A stretch of DNA of 64,000 nucleotides. It comes from a virus (lineage: Duplodnaviria > Caudoviricetes). This document shows, piece by piece, positions 37,268 to 45,969 of the stretch. The notes under the pieces are model-generated. The model saw only the letters and a list, made by a program, of their open reading frames with translations. It had not been told where the DNA came from and made no database searches. Both the position numbers and the translations under genes were made by a program. The stretch covers positions 128,001 to 192,000 of the IMG/VR virus record IMGVR_UViG_3300028624_000003; one strand, 5' to 3'. Position 1 is the stretch's first letter; each line of letters opens with the position of its first letter.

Positions 37268-39163
37268 ATGTACCTGATTCCTGACCTCACCGGCCAGAGT
37301 GAACTCTGTAAGGTGGAAAATGATGTACGGCTCATCATCGCAGCAGATCAGAAACTGGAGTTTCATACTCCAGTATTCGCAGATACTCTGAACATCATCC
37401 GGATCGGTACTACCAATGTCACGTTCATTCGTGGTGTTGATTGGAATTACGGTCCGAGTGATCATGACGTAACTGCGATGTCCGAAATGCAGATGAAGGA
37501 TGATACCTTTGACAAGATCTTGCTCAAGAGTATCGTGATCCTCAAGCCATTCGTATCACTCAAATACAAGGTAAGTCTGTCTTACCAGAAGCTTTATCCT
37601 GTTCCCAGCAAGGTAGCACGAGATCCTGCTGGTGAAACACTGAATGTAACTGGTGAACTCATTCTGGACATGCTTGAGTCCATCAGACGACATGAGCTTC
37701 TCCTTGCTCCGGTCAAAGACGTACACGGTATTGCACCTAACAATCCGTTGATGCTCGAGATCGACACTACGATGGAGCGAGCAGAAAACTTCATCGTCAA
37801 GGAGCGACATCAAATAAATGTACCTGCAAATCTGGAACACATTCATCCGATTGCAGGTTCTTTCTACAAAGAGAAGTTTGTGGCCTATAATGGCACCACA
37901 GGACGGACCCTCACAGAGGGTGAAGATTACGTCTTCTGGGGTGCAAATCTCTCTAAGACAGCGATGGCTCAGACTCCTTCGCCGGTCTATGACTTTATTC
38001 TCTTGAAGAAGCCGTTTGTAGGACCTATCGATATAACGTACCATGCGTTCGGTGGAGATCCTACGATTCATGATGTACGTACTCTCTCCGAGAGTATCAA
38101 CAACATCATGAACTATCTCGTAGAGAATCAGCTTCTTACTCCGCAAACGATCGGCAATGTACAGCCGCTTATTCTTATTCGAAACAAGATCTCTGAGCTG
38201 GAGGAAAAAATGCGTAGACTCGCCTCTGAAGGTCGTCCTTCTTACGGTGATGTTTCCCATGGGCGTTGTCTGAAGAAGCGTATAGCTGCTGACGATACGA
38301 ACCTTCATTGGTGGACCATTGCCGAATTGTACAAAGTCGAAGGGTCTGAAGAAATCTTCGTGTCTGACACGGCGAAACTTCGTATTTCGACTCTGCTCAC
38401 CAAGTTCGCATTTGACGTCATCATCAACGTCAACACGACCAATGAACTCAACAAGCTCAATGTGAATTGTATTTCCGCTACGTACCCCAAGGGATACATA
38501 CCCTTCGTGGACTACTCGGAGATGGAAAACATCATCCGTCCCCAGTTCCGTATCATCTGGAATGAAAACACGGTACAGGGTTCCGGTATCTATCTGCAGA
38601 TCGGTCTCCGTCTTAAGACAGTACGAGAAGAAACCATCGCAGTGGAAGACTGGAGTGGTGGTGAATCCTGTTGGAAGCTCATCTCCGATCCCGTAGAAGC
38701 GGTACTTCCTGAAGACAACACGATCACCCTTCCCAGCAAGAACCACATCTGGGATACCATCAATCCTGACTCTCGTCAGGTAAGCTATCTTGTACCCTTC
38801 CAAGATGGACATCTCATCTGGGCAGGTTCCGAAGCTCTCAACCGTCCGGAAAGCGGATGGAAGAACTTCACCCTCGTGCATACACTCGAAGACGATACGG
38901 ATATTCGGAACATCCGTCAGATCCGTATCGATCTGGAAGAAGTCGGCTCGACTGTGTTCCCAATCACACTGGACGTGATTCCCGGTTCGGAGAAATTGAC
39001 TGGTACCGCAGCGTTCACCTACAACGGTAAGCCTGCGTACATCAATGCGGTCCTGAATCGCAATCCGGTAACGAAGAAGATCGAACTGAGTGTCAATGCA
39101 GACATCAGTGCAGGCCCCACCTCGACTCGTCTTAACATGCGGCATGTTCTGATTTTCCTCTAG
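37268..39163 (+). CDS. Probable virion tail/baseplate protein
   Basis: 631 aa; internally repeated N-terminal module (PDLTG....KVEND / IDTTM....NFIVKERH...GSFY) typical of phiKZ-like tail proteins. Confidence 0.6.
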   Translation: MYLIPDLTGQSELCKVENDVRLIIAADQKLEFHTPVFADTLNIIRIGTTNVTFIRGVDWNYGPSDHDVTAMSEMQMKDDTFDKILLKSIVILKPFVSLKYKVSLSYQKLYPVPSKVARDPAGETLNVTGELILDMLESIRRHELLLAPVKDVHGIAPNNPLMLEIDTTMERAENFIVKERHQINVPANLEHIHPIAGSFYKEKFVAYNGTTGRTLTEGEDYVFWGANLSKTAMAQTPSPVYDFILLKKPFVGPIDITYHAFGGDPTIHDVRTLSESINNIMNYLVENQLLTPQTIGNVQPLILIRNKISELEEKMRRLASEGRPSYGDVSHGRCLKKRIAADDTNLHWWTIAELYKVEGSEEIFVSDTAKLRISTLLTKFAFDVIINVNTTNELNKLNVNCISATYPKGYIPFVDYSEMENIIRPQFRIIWNENTVQGSGIYLQIGLRLKTVREETIAVEDWSGGESCWKLISDPVEAVLPEDNTITLPSKNHIWDTINPDSRQVSYLVPFQDGHLIWAGSEALNRPESGWKNFTLVHTLEDDTDIRNIRQIRIDLEEVGSTVFPITLDVIPGSEKLTGTAAFTYNGKPAYINAVLNRNPVTKKIELSVNADISAGPTSTRLNMRHVLIFL

Positions 39164-39173
39164 GAGGTGCACA

Positions 39174-39392
39174 ATGATCGTAGTGCATCTTAAGAAGGAC
39201 ATCAAACACCAGCGATATTTCGTGGAGTCTTGGTACTTCGTGAGCAAACAAGAAGCAGCCAAGATAGAAGAAATTCCTGGATACCGTGTGGTAGTAGATC
39301 ACACAAAAATACCACCCGGATTCTACGAACGTCCGCACTGGTACTTCTACGAAGAAGGTCAGTTGCGTAACGGTTACGGAATCAACGAATAA
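39174..39392 (+). CDS. Small hypothetical protein
   Basis: AGGAGGT RBS, 72 aa. Confidence 0.7.
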   Translation: MIVVHLKKDIKHQRYFVESWYFVSKQEAAKIEEIPGYRVVVDHTKIPPGFYERPHWYFYEEGQLRNGYGINE

Positions 39393-39402
39393 TCCGACAA
39401 CT

Positions 39403-39436
39403 AGTAGGAGAGAGGCCCTCGGGCCTCTCTCCTACT
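39403..39436 (+). terminator. Hairpin/terminator
   Basis: AGTAGGAGAGAGGCCC-tc-GGGCCTCTCTCCTACT. Confidence 0.75.
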
Positions 39437-39453
39437 CTGAGCTTTTTTATGCA

Positions 39454-39469
39454 TATATTACTAATTTGA
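39454..39469 (+). promoter_or_regulatory. Early promoter motif
   Basis: TATATTAC taatt TGA. Confidence 0.75.
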
Positions 39470-39491
39470 ACCCAGATAACTAAATAGAGGA

Positions 39492-40532
39492 ATGATTTTC
39501 ACTCCTCTGGTAGAATGCTACACATGCAGCGAATACTACAACAAGAAAAAGGAGACAGTCATGCTGAAGAAATTCACATCGATATTTTCTGGACTATTCC
39601 ACAAAGAACAAAAAGCAAAAGAGACTATCCCTGATACAATCCCCGCGTTTGTGTCAGACCCCATTCGTGCGCAACTTATCGAAATGCTGTTCAGCGAAGA
39701 AATACCTCTTCCCACAAAGCCGTATAAGCCAAAGTTCGTGACATTTGAAGAATTGGAACACGTAGATGGGATGCACGATCCCCTCGTGGAGATTTCCACG
39801 AGTGAAGGACTTGTACAATACTTGTACACTGGCTGCAACTGGACTCGTAGAAATTGTTACAGTGTGTACAACATGTACCACTATATTCCAGTCAATCCAC
39901 TTCTCGACGGCTCTCTTTCCTTGGAGGAAAGTGTTAGACGACTTGATTCTGCTTCATTATGGGTGTACTCGTGGTTCCACACCACGTATATCTGGAATAA
40001 GCATATGTTCAATGAGCACTGGGTACACCCGATAATATCTAACGGCTGCGTCCACGAACTGCAATATGGTTTAGTTGTGGCATACAACGTAAACGAAGAT
40101 GGTCTAGTTGACGAGGATAGTCATCCATCTTACAATGCTGTGAGCAAATGTTTGATCGATATTCAAAAGATCGTCACTCTTGCTCAGACTCTCGGCGTAC
40201 CTGTATCGCATTCGAACATATTCAAAGATTTCTCTGAGTTCGAAAGTTATGCAAAGAACATCTCGGTACAGTTACGACGTGTCAGCGTGATCCCTCAGCT
40301 TCCGATCGCTTCGAAGTTTGATGGGTTTGTTCACTCGATGTGTACTGCAACATTAAGTGAATCACGTATACCACATGCAGTACATACCACGCTGAAAGGG
40401 ATAGCAGACCCGCGCATAGTTGTGGAGTACAACGGAAAACTTCACCGCATCGTACCAGAGACATACCAGTGGAAAGGTAGCACCCTCATCGTCACGATGG
40501 ACGAATCATTCAACGAACAACTATTTTCCTAA
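39492..40532 (+). CDS. Hypothetical protein (alternative start 39561)
   Basis: Long ORF after an early promoter; AAGGAG before ATG 39561. Confidence 0.75.
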   Translation: MIFTPLVECYTCSEYYNKKKETVMLKKFTSIFSGLFHKEQKAKETIPDTIPAFVSDPIRAQLIEMLFSEEIPLPTKPYKPKFVTFEELEHVDGMHDPLVEISTSEGLVQYLYTGCNWTRRNCYSVYNMYHYIPVNPLLDGSLSLEESVRRLDSASLWVYSWFHTTYIWNKHMFNEHWVHPIISNGCVHELQYGLVVAYNVNEDGLVDEDSHPSYNAVSKCLIDIQKIVTLAQTLGVPVSHSNIFKDFSEFESYAKNISVQLRRVSVIPQLPIASKFDGFVHSMCTATLSESRIPHAVHTTLKGIADPRIVVEYNGKLHRIVPETYQWKGSTLIVTMDESFNEQLFS

Positions 40533-40624
40533 TCACACAAAGCAGTAGGAGTTATGACCGCACTGGTCAGCGCAAAACGTAAGAACGTGTCGCGGTAACA
40601 TCCAAAAGAAATCACCAAGGAAAT

Positions 40625-41455
40625 GTGCACATGGAAAATGCAGATGATTCACGCAAGCGTAAGATCATTGACTTCTGGCCTGTAAAGATCGTGGTGAGTA
40701 TACTCACCAGAATACTGATACTCGTCGTGACACAATTTGTGTACATGCTGGTGTTCACTTCTGTGCTTAACGGGCAAAACAGTCTGCTCATCTTCCACAA
40801 AACAGGGAAGACAAGAATCGTCAGCTACAAGAAAAACTACCAGAGAAACAAAGATCTGCTTACATACGAGTCGGCCAGCGAGTACTGTAATCGGGTGTGG
40901 AACGAGATCATATATCGTGTACACGGAAAAATCAGAGACTCCAGTTGTATCGAGTACGAATCATGTAGCTCTGAGTGGTCGTGGGCTACAGTGACTTCCG
41001 TGGTTTCGTATTCCGATATGACATTCATCAGACCGCACGTGATCACCGAGATCCTGTGCTCGGTGTACACTGAAGTCATCACCCCATTCTACGCGAAAGA
41101 TGATAGCAAGACGCCGCACAGCTTGGGGCAGCTCTTGGATCGGCAGAGTCAGAATGCTGACCGTCTAGAAGCTTCGCAGTACTGGGATCTGATAAGTAGT
41201 CTGATCATTCTGGTGATATCTGACTACGAAAACCCAGAAGTAGTCATAGACGGAAACACGTTACAACGAGCAGTACTGCTTGCAGAACTGTATTCGCAGA
41301 TAGATCAATTGAACAGACCGAAAGCGTGCTCCGGTTGCCAGATAGTGGAGAGGACCCTCCATCGACTGAACAAGTCAGAAGAATTTGAGCTGGACGTGGA
41401 ATATCTTCTGGCGTCATGTCTGCCAGGATACAGACTTTACGTCACGAAAAAATAA
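40625..41455 (+). CDS. Hypothetical protein with N-terminal hydrophobic segment
   Basis: 276-aa ORF; start uncertain. Confidence 0.6.
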   Translation: MHMENADDSRKRKIIDFWPVKIVVSILTRILILVVTQFVYMLVFTSVLNGQNSLLIFHKTGKTRIVSYKKNYQRNKDLLTYESASEYCNRVWNEIIYRVHGKIRDSSCIEYESCSSEWSWATVTSVVSYSDMTFIRPHVITEILCSVYTEVITPFYAKDDSKTPHSLGQLLDRQSQNADRLEASQYWDLISSLIILVISDYENPEVVIDGNTLQRAVLLAELYSQIDQLNRPKACSGCQIVERTLHRLNKSEEFELDVEYLLASCLPGYRLYVTKK

Positions 41456-41501
41456 ATGTGTCCCTATCACCCAAATGACAGCGACCCCGAAGGAGGCTTC
41501 A

Positions 41502-42200
41502 ATGTGGTTCGTTAAGCTCGGCAAAAAATTGGCTACGTTTGCATCTCCGAATGACATCCAGCGGGTATGCATAGATGGTACTCCACCTTACGTGCACGGC
41601 CTGCAAGATCTTGGCATGATTCTCACCTGGGCTGAGATACACCCCGAAAGCAAGCTTTTCACCGGAAACTTGCTGTACAATGTCACTCCTCAGATGCAGG
41701 AATTCCTCACAACTTCGAATCCGCTGAAGAGTATCATCGATCTGGTCATCCGTACCGATATGCAGGAAATGCCTTCCTCGATCTACGCTGTCGGTATGCA
41801 GAACATGGACAAGATGGCAGAGGCCACCAAAAGCATTGAATTCCTTGTACAGGATCCTGAAGCTACCGATGTGAACAACATCAATGTGGTGGAGAGTGAT
41901 CCTCTGCAAGGAATGATCATTCTCAGCGAGATCCACTACCTCTACAACGGGAAGCGTCATCTTCTTCCCAGATTTGGGGTAGCGTTCGATGGCGAACGAT
42001 TCTCGCTCGGCGAGTGCATGTACTCGCACAACCCGCTTGTCGTAGACGGTATCATGAAGATCGATGCGCAGGGTTTCTGCGATGCTGGAGATCAGCTCGG
42101 TCTGAACATACCGAATACGTTCTCGTTCCAGTACAACGCATTCTGGGACGCAGCCAAAGAAAAGGAATACGTCGCTACCGCCGAAGAAATTCCGCAATAG
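41502..42200 (+). CDS. Hypothetical protein
   Basis: AAGGAGG RBS before ATG 41502. Confidence 0.75.
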   Translation: MWFVKLGKKLATFASPNDIQRVCIDGTPPYVHGLQDLGMILTWAEIHPESKLFTGNLLYNVTPQMQEFLTTSNPLKSIIDLVIRTDMQEMPSSIYAVGMQNMDKMAEATKSIEFLVQDPEATDVNNINVVESDPLQGMIILSEIHYLYNGKRHLLPRFGVAFDGERFSLGECMYSHNPLVVDGIMKIDAQGFCDAGDQLGLNIPNTFSFQYNAFWDAAKEKEYVATAEEIPQ

Positions 42201-42211
42201 TGATGAGTACA

Positions 42212-42243
42212 CAGGAGAGGATGTCCTAGGGCATCCTCTCCTG
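42212..42243. terminator. Hairpin between convergent genes
   Basis: CAGGAGAGGATGTCC-ta-GGGCATCCTCTCCTG. Confidence 0.75.
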
Positions 42244-42265
42244 CATATAGTTGACAGATTCGCTT

Positions 42266-43936
42266 TTATTTTTGTGGATCTCTTGACAGATTGAAGAATG
42301 TCAGACCAGTCAAGTCAGTCCGAAGACTCTTGATGAATTTCCCATCAGGAGTTACTAGACTTTTTGTACTGTTCAAGTATGCTTCACATTCTGCAGTACC
42401 TTCTACAGACATGACCGAGTTCAATGAACCTGTATCACCGTCGTAGTCAGCAGTGAGACCCTTAGTCTGTCCGGGGTGAATGATCGTACTGTCGAGATGG
42501 GGCTTGCCGAGTATCGGATACATGGGCAACTCTATTTCTTTCTCGTCGTACTGAGACATGAATCGTACTTTTCTCGAAGGAATAGTCGTACCGACTTTGA
42601 TTCGAGTAGGGTAGATTGATCCAATTTCGATTGCCGGGTATCGAGTAAACGTCATGAACTTCCCGGCAGTAGCACGGAATGTGGCAAGATAGAGCATTTC
42701 CATGTACGTCAATGGTCGTATGTATTTGCGATCGACATCGACGTTATGGTTATCCTTCATGAATGTAGTAAAGTCTTCCACACTTCTGAAAAGGTATACA
42801 CTTTCACCAGTATCGTACACCAAGAAGAGATAGTAGAACTTATCGTTCACGTCACGGATGATTACTGGCTTTTCGCGCATATGCACATTCTTGAACATGG
42901 AGATAAGATCTTCCATTCCTTCCGATGACAGCGCATTGTTGACTTCACTATTCGACACGTCAATGTATTCGGTGTTGTAAGTCTTGGTGTCGATACCAAT
43001 AACACGAGTACTCGACTGGGTAAAGATCTGACTGTAAAACAGTGCTCTGAGATTGTGAATGACCAAAGGTTGGAATCCCTTGGCTAGCTGAAACAATGGT
43101 GCAATTGTTTCGTCGTGTTTCTGGTATGTCGGGTCACTTACTGATGTACCTTTCAGCTCAGCACCCGAGATAACATTTCTAGTCCCATAAGCCAGTGCAC
43201 GTCGAGCGTATTTTCTCTGTGCGAATCCTGCTTTACCACTGAGGAATTCCTTGTGTACAGAGAATAGCTCGTAGACCTTCAGCTGTATATTGTAGCGAAC
43301 TCCATCGTAGATACGATTGAGCTGAGGGGAATCATCGCTACTCTTCACTTCATTGGCCAGTGCAAGAATGTACTTGTAAATGCTATTGATCTCTTCAACA
43401 GCCACTCTTCCATTCTCTACCTTCAATTCACGCAGTCCTGCAGGGAGTATCAGAAGCCGCTTTACGACAGCCGCACCGATAGATTTTGCCCGCTCAATTG
43501 CGAGGATTTTCATCTGTCTCGTGTGAGATTCTGTTTTCGGGAATTTGAGGCTATCGAAGCATGAAAGGAAGAAACTGAAGCCAGTATCAGATCCTACCTT
43601 TTCTTTGTCACACGGAATCAGTTCACCCGACTTCTTATCCAGATAAGCGTAGATCTTACCTGACATGATCTCACTGTATATTGGCTTCAGGTCGATTACG
43701 TTTTTGTATATCACCGGAGCCAAAATTGCAGTATTGAGAGACATAAATCCGCAGCGAGAGATTCTCTCAGCGGTACCTATCTGTCCGAAAATACCCTCAG
43801 AAAACAGCCCATCAGGATGAAGGTTCGTAGACGAAGGTTCCCAAATGAGCGGGGAAGTTACTTCGATCAGACCTTGTTCTTTGATGAGGTTGTCTATATT
43901 CAGAGGCCAAATGTTTACCGGGGATTGTGGCTTCAT
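42266..43936 (-). CDS. Virion RNA polymerase beta' subunit, N-terminal/catalytic part (phiKZ gp180-like)
   Basis: PDGLFSEGIFG, ILPAGLR, TRNVI, TRYP and catalytic ADYDGD motifs. Confidence 0.92.
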   Translation of the reverse strand: MKPQSPVNIWPLNIDNLIKEQGLIEVTSPLIWEPSSTNLHPDGLFSEGIFGQIGTAERISRCGFMSLNTAILAPVIYKNVIDLKPIYSEIMSGKIYAYLDKKSGELIPCDKEKVGSDTGFSFFLSCFDSLKFPKTESHTRQMKILAIERAKSIGAAVVKRLLILPAGLRELKVENGRVAVEEINSIYKYILALANEVKSSDDSPQLNRIYDGVRYNIQLKVYELFSVHKEFLSGKAGFAQRKYARRALAYGTRNVISGAELKGTSVSDPTYQKHDETIAPLFQLAKGFQPLVIHNLRALFYSQIFTQSSTRVIGIDTKTYNTEYIDVSNSEVNNALSSEGMEDLISMFKNVHMREKPVIIRDVNDKFYYLFLVYDTGESVYLFRSVEDFTTFMKDNHNVDVDRKYIRPLTYMEMLYLATFRATAGKFMTFTRYPAIEIGSIYPTRIKVGTTIPSRKVRFMSQYDEKEIELPMYPILGKPHLDSTIIHPGQTKGLTADYDGDTGSLNSVMSVEGTAECEAYLNSTKSLVTPDGKFIKSLRTDLTGLTFFNLSRDPQK

Positions 43937-44006
43937 TTATATGACTCCTATTAATAAATGGAAATCCATCCTATGATCAACTACTATTTCACAAAGGAGC
44001 ATAGAA

Positions 44007-45080
44007 ATGCCGTACCTGTTAGAACTACCTGACGCCGGACGCAATCTGATTCAAAAATTTTACGACATTCCTGCAGAAGGTATATTTACATTTTCGATGC
44101 CTACAGAAGAATTCGTATCTACCGGTGTCACTAGTAACGACGAATTTCCGTCAGTATTGGACGGAGATCCAGTAGTGAGATCTTTTAGTAAGATGACCAT
44201 TCAGGCTGGTCACATAGTTCGGCCTACGAACAGATGTAAAGGGATGTATTTGTTCGTAGAAGGTGATCTCATCATAGACGGCGAATTGACTATGACTGCA
44301 CGAGGAGCCAATGCTCCGGGTAAATTCGTAGGTATAGATCCACGTCGTGGGGTATTCATAAATTCGGAAGATATTTTCACTGCACTAGGACTCGCAGTAA
44401 TACAGCCGACAGGAGGAGCTGGTGCCCCTAAAAGAAGTATAGGTAGTGGAAATGAAAATTCGTATGGCGGCGGCGGTTATGCCGGAAGTCCGGGAATAAA
44501 CGGCGCCTGTGGTGGTGGAGGTGGTGGAGGATGTGAACACCAGAATGGTGGAAGTAGCACGGGAGGAGCAGGTTCGGAAGGTACTTCGTTCTCCGGTGGT
44601 GCAGGAGGTGGTGGCGTTGCTGCGGCTGGTCGTACTGTGACTGCGGGCAGTGGTCAGCCGAACGGAGGACCGGGTGGTAATGGCCGCTGTGATACCATAG
44701 ATTCGAATAACAAACGACGAGCAGTCGGGGGAGGAGCTGGAAATCCGGGTGGAGCTGGTCATAGAGTGGCTCCTTCTAATTATTCTGCATACTCTGGAGA
44801 GAATGGTACTGGAGGATTACTTATACTCGTAGTACAGGGTGATATAATTTTTGGCCCTGCAGGAAAGATAACTTCCAATGGATCCGGTGGTGGTAAAGGA
44901 CATAACGCGTCAGGTGGTGGATCAGGCGGAGGTGCTATTCACATATTCCATAAAGGAATTATAACTGATCCTACCAAAATACAAGCTCAAGGCGGCGCTG
45001 GCGCTACTTCTGCTGTAACTACAATTTATACTCGAGGCGGTAATGGTGGCGCGGGTTCTATTGTCATTACGAAAATCTAA
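44007..45080 (+). CDS. Glycine-rich tail/adhesin-like protein, paralog 3
   Basis: AAAGGAG RBS; LELPDAGR...PTNRCKG...poly-Gly blocks. Confidence 0.75.
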   Translation: MPYLLELPDAGRNLIQKFYDIPAEGIFTFSMPTEEFVSTGVTSNDEFPSVLDGDPVVRSFSKMTIQAGHIVRPTNRCKGMYLFVEGDLIIDGELTMTARGANAPGKFVGIDPRRGVFINSEDIFTALGLAVIQPTGGAGAPKRSIGSGNENSYGGGGYAGSPGINGACGGGGGGGCEHQNGGSSTGGAGSEGTSFSGGAGGGGVAAAGRTVTAGSGQPNGGPGGNGRCDTIDSNNKRRAVGGGAGNPGGAGHRVAPSNYSAYSGENGTGGLLILVVQGDIIFGPAGKITSNGSGGGKGHNASGGGSGGGAIHIFHKGIITDPTKIQAQGGAGATSAVTTIYTRGGNGGAGSIVITKI

Positions 45081-45084
45081 TGAT

Positions 45085-45122
45085 CATCGGTACTGGGAGG
45101 GTAATCCCTCCCAGTACCGATG
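45085..45122 (+). terminator. Hairpin/terminator
   Basis: CATCGGTACTGGGAGGG-taat-CCCTCCCAGTACCGATG, 17-bp perfect stem. Confidence 0.75.
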
Positions 45123-45160
45123 TTATAGAATGTACCTATCCGACACAAGGGAGTCTCGAG

Positions 45161-45967
45161 ATGGATATTTTCGACCTGAATGCAGTTCAAGCGGATGTGC
45201 AGCAAGAGTTTACTCGCCCTATCCGTTCTGTTTACATTGACTTGGCCTACCTTCAGGATTTCTATCTTGGGGGTCTTTTGTGTAAACACTGTAATGAGAA
45301 GGACTACACCCACATTTACGAAGGTATGAAAGCGTATAACGCTAGAGTCACCTACGAGAGAACAAAGTTCTTCCCTGGGTTGAATGAAACTGATGAGTCG
45401 TTGATGAAGTACATCACTGATCAAAATCATTCCGATAGTCTGATTCAGTGTTCACCAGTGACGGATTTCTTTCTGAAGCTCCCTGAATTTCATCGCAGTG
45501 CACAGGAAAGAAATAGCATTGTGGCGGAAAACAATACCGACAGCACAATCACGTACGTGATCAATCCGTATCCTTTAAAGTTATCTCCGACGAGTGTACA
45601 ACTTCTGAAGTTCAGAATGTCGTCGATTTTGACCAATTTTAGATTGGGAATTATCGAAACGAGATCTCGTGACATGTCAGAAATATCGATGAATACATTC
45701 GATACTTTTTTCATTGAGAATCTGAATGAACTCACGGATGATACTGGTAATCTGTACAAGTATTTTTTCCTGGAAAATAAGTTCTCAGATAGGTTGGTCG
45801 CAGCCCCTAGGCGCATAAACGATCCTCGTTTAGTTCGAGATATTGATATACTTACACCCGAGAAGATTGACGAAGCCTTAACCAATACGGATGCGATATG
45901 CAACTTGTTTGCCACGTTTTCGTATGTCGATATTCAAATTTTGTGTGAAGAATCCAAGGTAGGGTAA
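45161..45967 (+). CDS. Conserved jumbo-phage hypothetical protein
   Basis: AAGGGAG RBS before ATG 45161; the longer ORF start overlaps the hairpin. Confidence 0.7.
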   Translation: MDIFDLNAVQADVQQEFTRPIRSVYIDLAYLQDFYLGGLLCKHCNEKDYTHIYEGMKAYNARVTYERTKFFPGLNETDESLMKYITDQNHSDSLIQCSPVTDFFLKLPEFHRSAQERNSIVAENNTDSTITYVINPYPLKLSPTSVQLLKFRMSSILTNFRLGIIETRSRDMSEISMNTFDTFFIENLNELTDDTGNLYKYFFLENKFSDRLVAAPRRINDPRLVRDIDILTPEKIDEALTNTDAICNLFATFSYVDIQILCEESKVG

Positions 45968-45969
45968 TC

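Noticed and set aside
37556-39262. 568-aa antisense ORF
   Set aside because: Almost entirely overlaps a well-supported plus-strand gene in the mirror frame; no RBS or motifs; explained by sense-strand codon bias.
40554-40598. 14-codon ORF with AGGAG RBS upstream of the 40625 gene (possible leader or broken N-terminus)
   Set aside because: Different frame from the downstream gene, no slippery site, too short to support.
12069-43975. Individual late promoters (TATG at 12069, 33289, 35372, 36607, 43972)
   Set aside because: Positions fit late genes, but a 4-mer is too common to call as a feature without TSS data.
12108-45080. Diversity-generating retroelement acting on the Gly-rich paralogs
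   Set aside because: No reverse transcriptase and no near-identical TR/VR pair with adenine-specific differences in the window.
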